This document shows positions 63,171 through 64,000 of a DNA stretch of 64,000 nt, in pieces. The notes below the pieces were generated by a model, which made no database searches, was not told where the DNA came from, and saw nothing but the letters and a program-made list of their open reading frames with translations. The translations under genes and the position numbers were made by a program. Source of the stretch: Acidobacteriota bacterium (lineage in GTDB: Bacteria; Acidobacteriota; UBA890; WLXD01); the NCBI GenBank assembly GCA_963666055.2, contig CAXWPH010000007.1:32001-96000 (forward strand), read 5' to 3'. The first letter of the stretch is position 1, and the number at the start of each line of letters is the position of its first letter.

Positions 63171-63257
63171 TCATCAAGGGTCGACGCCGGACTCGCCCCG
63201 AGGTGCTGTGGAGCGGCCGGATCTACGCGCGAAGAGGGTCCGCGCGCCAAGATCAAT

Positions 63258-63333
63258 TGGAGCGGGAAACGGGATTCGAACCCGCGACCTCAACGTTGGC
63301 AACGTTGCGCTCTACCAGCTGAGCTATTCCCGC
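63258..63333 (-). tRNA. tRNA-Gly(GCC)
   Basis: GCGGGAATAGCTCAGCTGGTAGAGCGCAACGTTGCCAACGTTGAGGTCGCGGGTTCGAATCCCGTTTCCCGCTCCA. Confidence 0.98.
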
Positions 63334-63345
63334 TCCGGAATCAAC

Positions 63346-63374
63346 AGGATATCGGCGGCGTGAGACACAGGCAA
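63346..63374 (-). promoter_or_regulatory. Putative sigma70 promoter for tRNA-Gly-Cys
   Basis: TTGCCT-17 bp-TATCCT, 12 nt upstream of tRNA-Gly. Confidence 0.6.
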
Positions 63375-63393
63375 GAACTCTATAATTCGCGCC

Positions 63394-64000
63394 ATGCGAC
63401 AGGTCGTCACCTCGTCCCGATACGGCGTCGACATCGGCGCGCACGTGTTCCCGACAAACAAGTACGCGTTGCTCATCGAGCGCCTGTTGGCCGATGGCAC
63501 GCTCAGCCGAACCGAAATCGTAGAGTCGGACCGGACCGACGAGGCCGAGCTACGACGGGTCCACACACCGGGCTACGTCTCGAGGTGCCTGAACGGCAAA
63601 CTCTCGACCACCGAGATCGCTCGGTTAGAGTTGCCCTGGTCAGCCGCGCTGCTGGAGGCCTCGATGCGCTGTGTCGGTGGCACGAGCATGGCAGCTCACC
63701 TGGCGCTCGAGCACCGGGTGGGCATCCACATCGGCGGCGGCTTTCACCATGCATTCCCTGACCACGGCGAGGGCTTCTGCGTATTCAACGACCCGGCCTG
63801 CGCGGTCCGTACTTTGCTGGCGGAAAGCCGCATCGAACGCGCCATCGTGATCGACTGTGACGTGCATCAAGGCAACGGCACCGCCGCGGCGCACCAGGCC
63901 GAGCTTGCCATCTACGTAGCCGGGGCAGATCCGTACGTGGAGGATCAACTCGGTTCGCTGGCACTGTCGATCGATGGGCTTCGACACCGCGACGAGTTGG
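63394..64000 (+). CDS. Histone deacetylase-family protein, partial, with an apparent internal deletion
   Basis: Manual translation: GAHVFPTNKY, RVHTPGY, GGGFHHAFPDHGEGFCVFND, IDCDVHQGNGTA, then directly YVAGADPY..DQLG. Confidence 0.9.
   Translation, partial: MRQVVTSSRYGVDIGAHVFPTNKYALLIERLLADGTLSRTEIVESDRTDEAELRRVHTPGYVSRCLNGKLSTTEIARLELPWSAALLEASMRCVGGTSMAAHLALEHRVGIHIGGGFHHAFPDHGEGFCVFNDPACAVRTLLAESRIERAIVIDCDVHQGNGTAAAHQAELAIYVAGADPYVEDQLGSLALSIDGLRHRDEL

Overview
GC-rich bacterial chromosome segment, probably Acidobacteriota (inferred from an acidobacterial-type VWA protein and a GWxTD-like/TPR protein). 0.65-14.3 kb is a mobile-element hotspot. It holds an IS3, a compact phage-satellite (PICI-like) element integrated at tRNA-Glu, an IS21 with a broken istA, a collagen-like cargo gene, a tRNA-Leu half and remnants of other integrases. 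The satellite encodes an integrase, a regulator, Xis, a DnaB-N/AAA helicase, an iteron-like origin, an XRE regulator, an unusual PLD-nuclease/Nu1-like small-terminase ORF, a putative cos region and an HNH. 17-29.6 kb is a MITE-punctuated catabolic island (two amidohydrolases, cupin, EutD-like hydrolase, N,N-dimethylformamidase-like small and large subunits, Na+/solute symporter). The rest looks mostly chromosomal: tannase, cyclase, phnW/DUF5690/AlkP, metH, iadA, secreted beta-propeller proteins, a ComDE-like decarboxylase, LOG, mtaB, tRNA-Gly/Cys and an HDAC. The best candidates for novelty are (1) the satellite and its PLD-TerS protein, (2) two CTAG-targeting MITE families with different ends but a shared twin structured core, (3) a tandem ~95-nt structured non-coding repeat at 56.7-56.9 kb and (4) the DMFase/EutD/amidohydrolase pathway. 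Many single-base frameshifts suggest assembly indels, so fusion and pseudogene calls need read-level checks. All family assignments come from motif recognition by eye, not from database searches.
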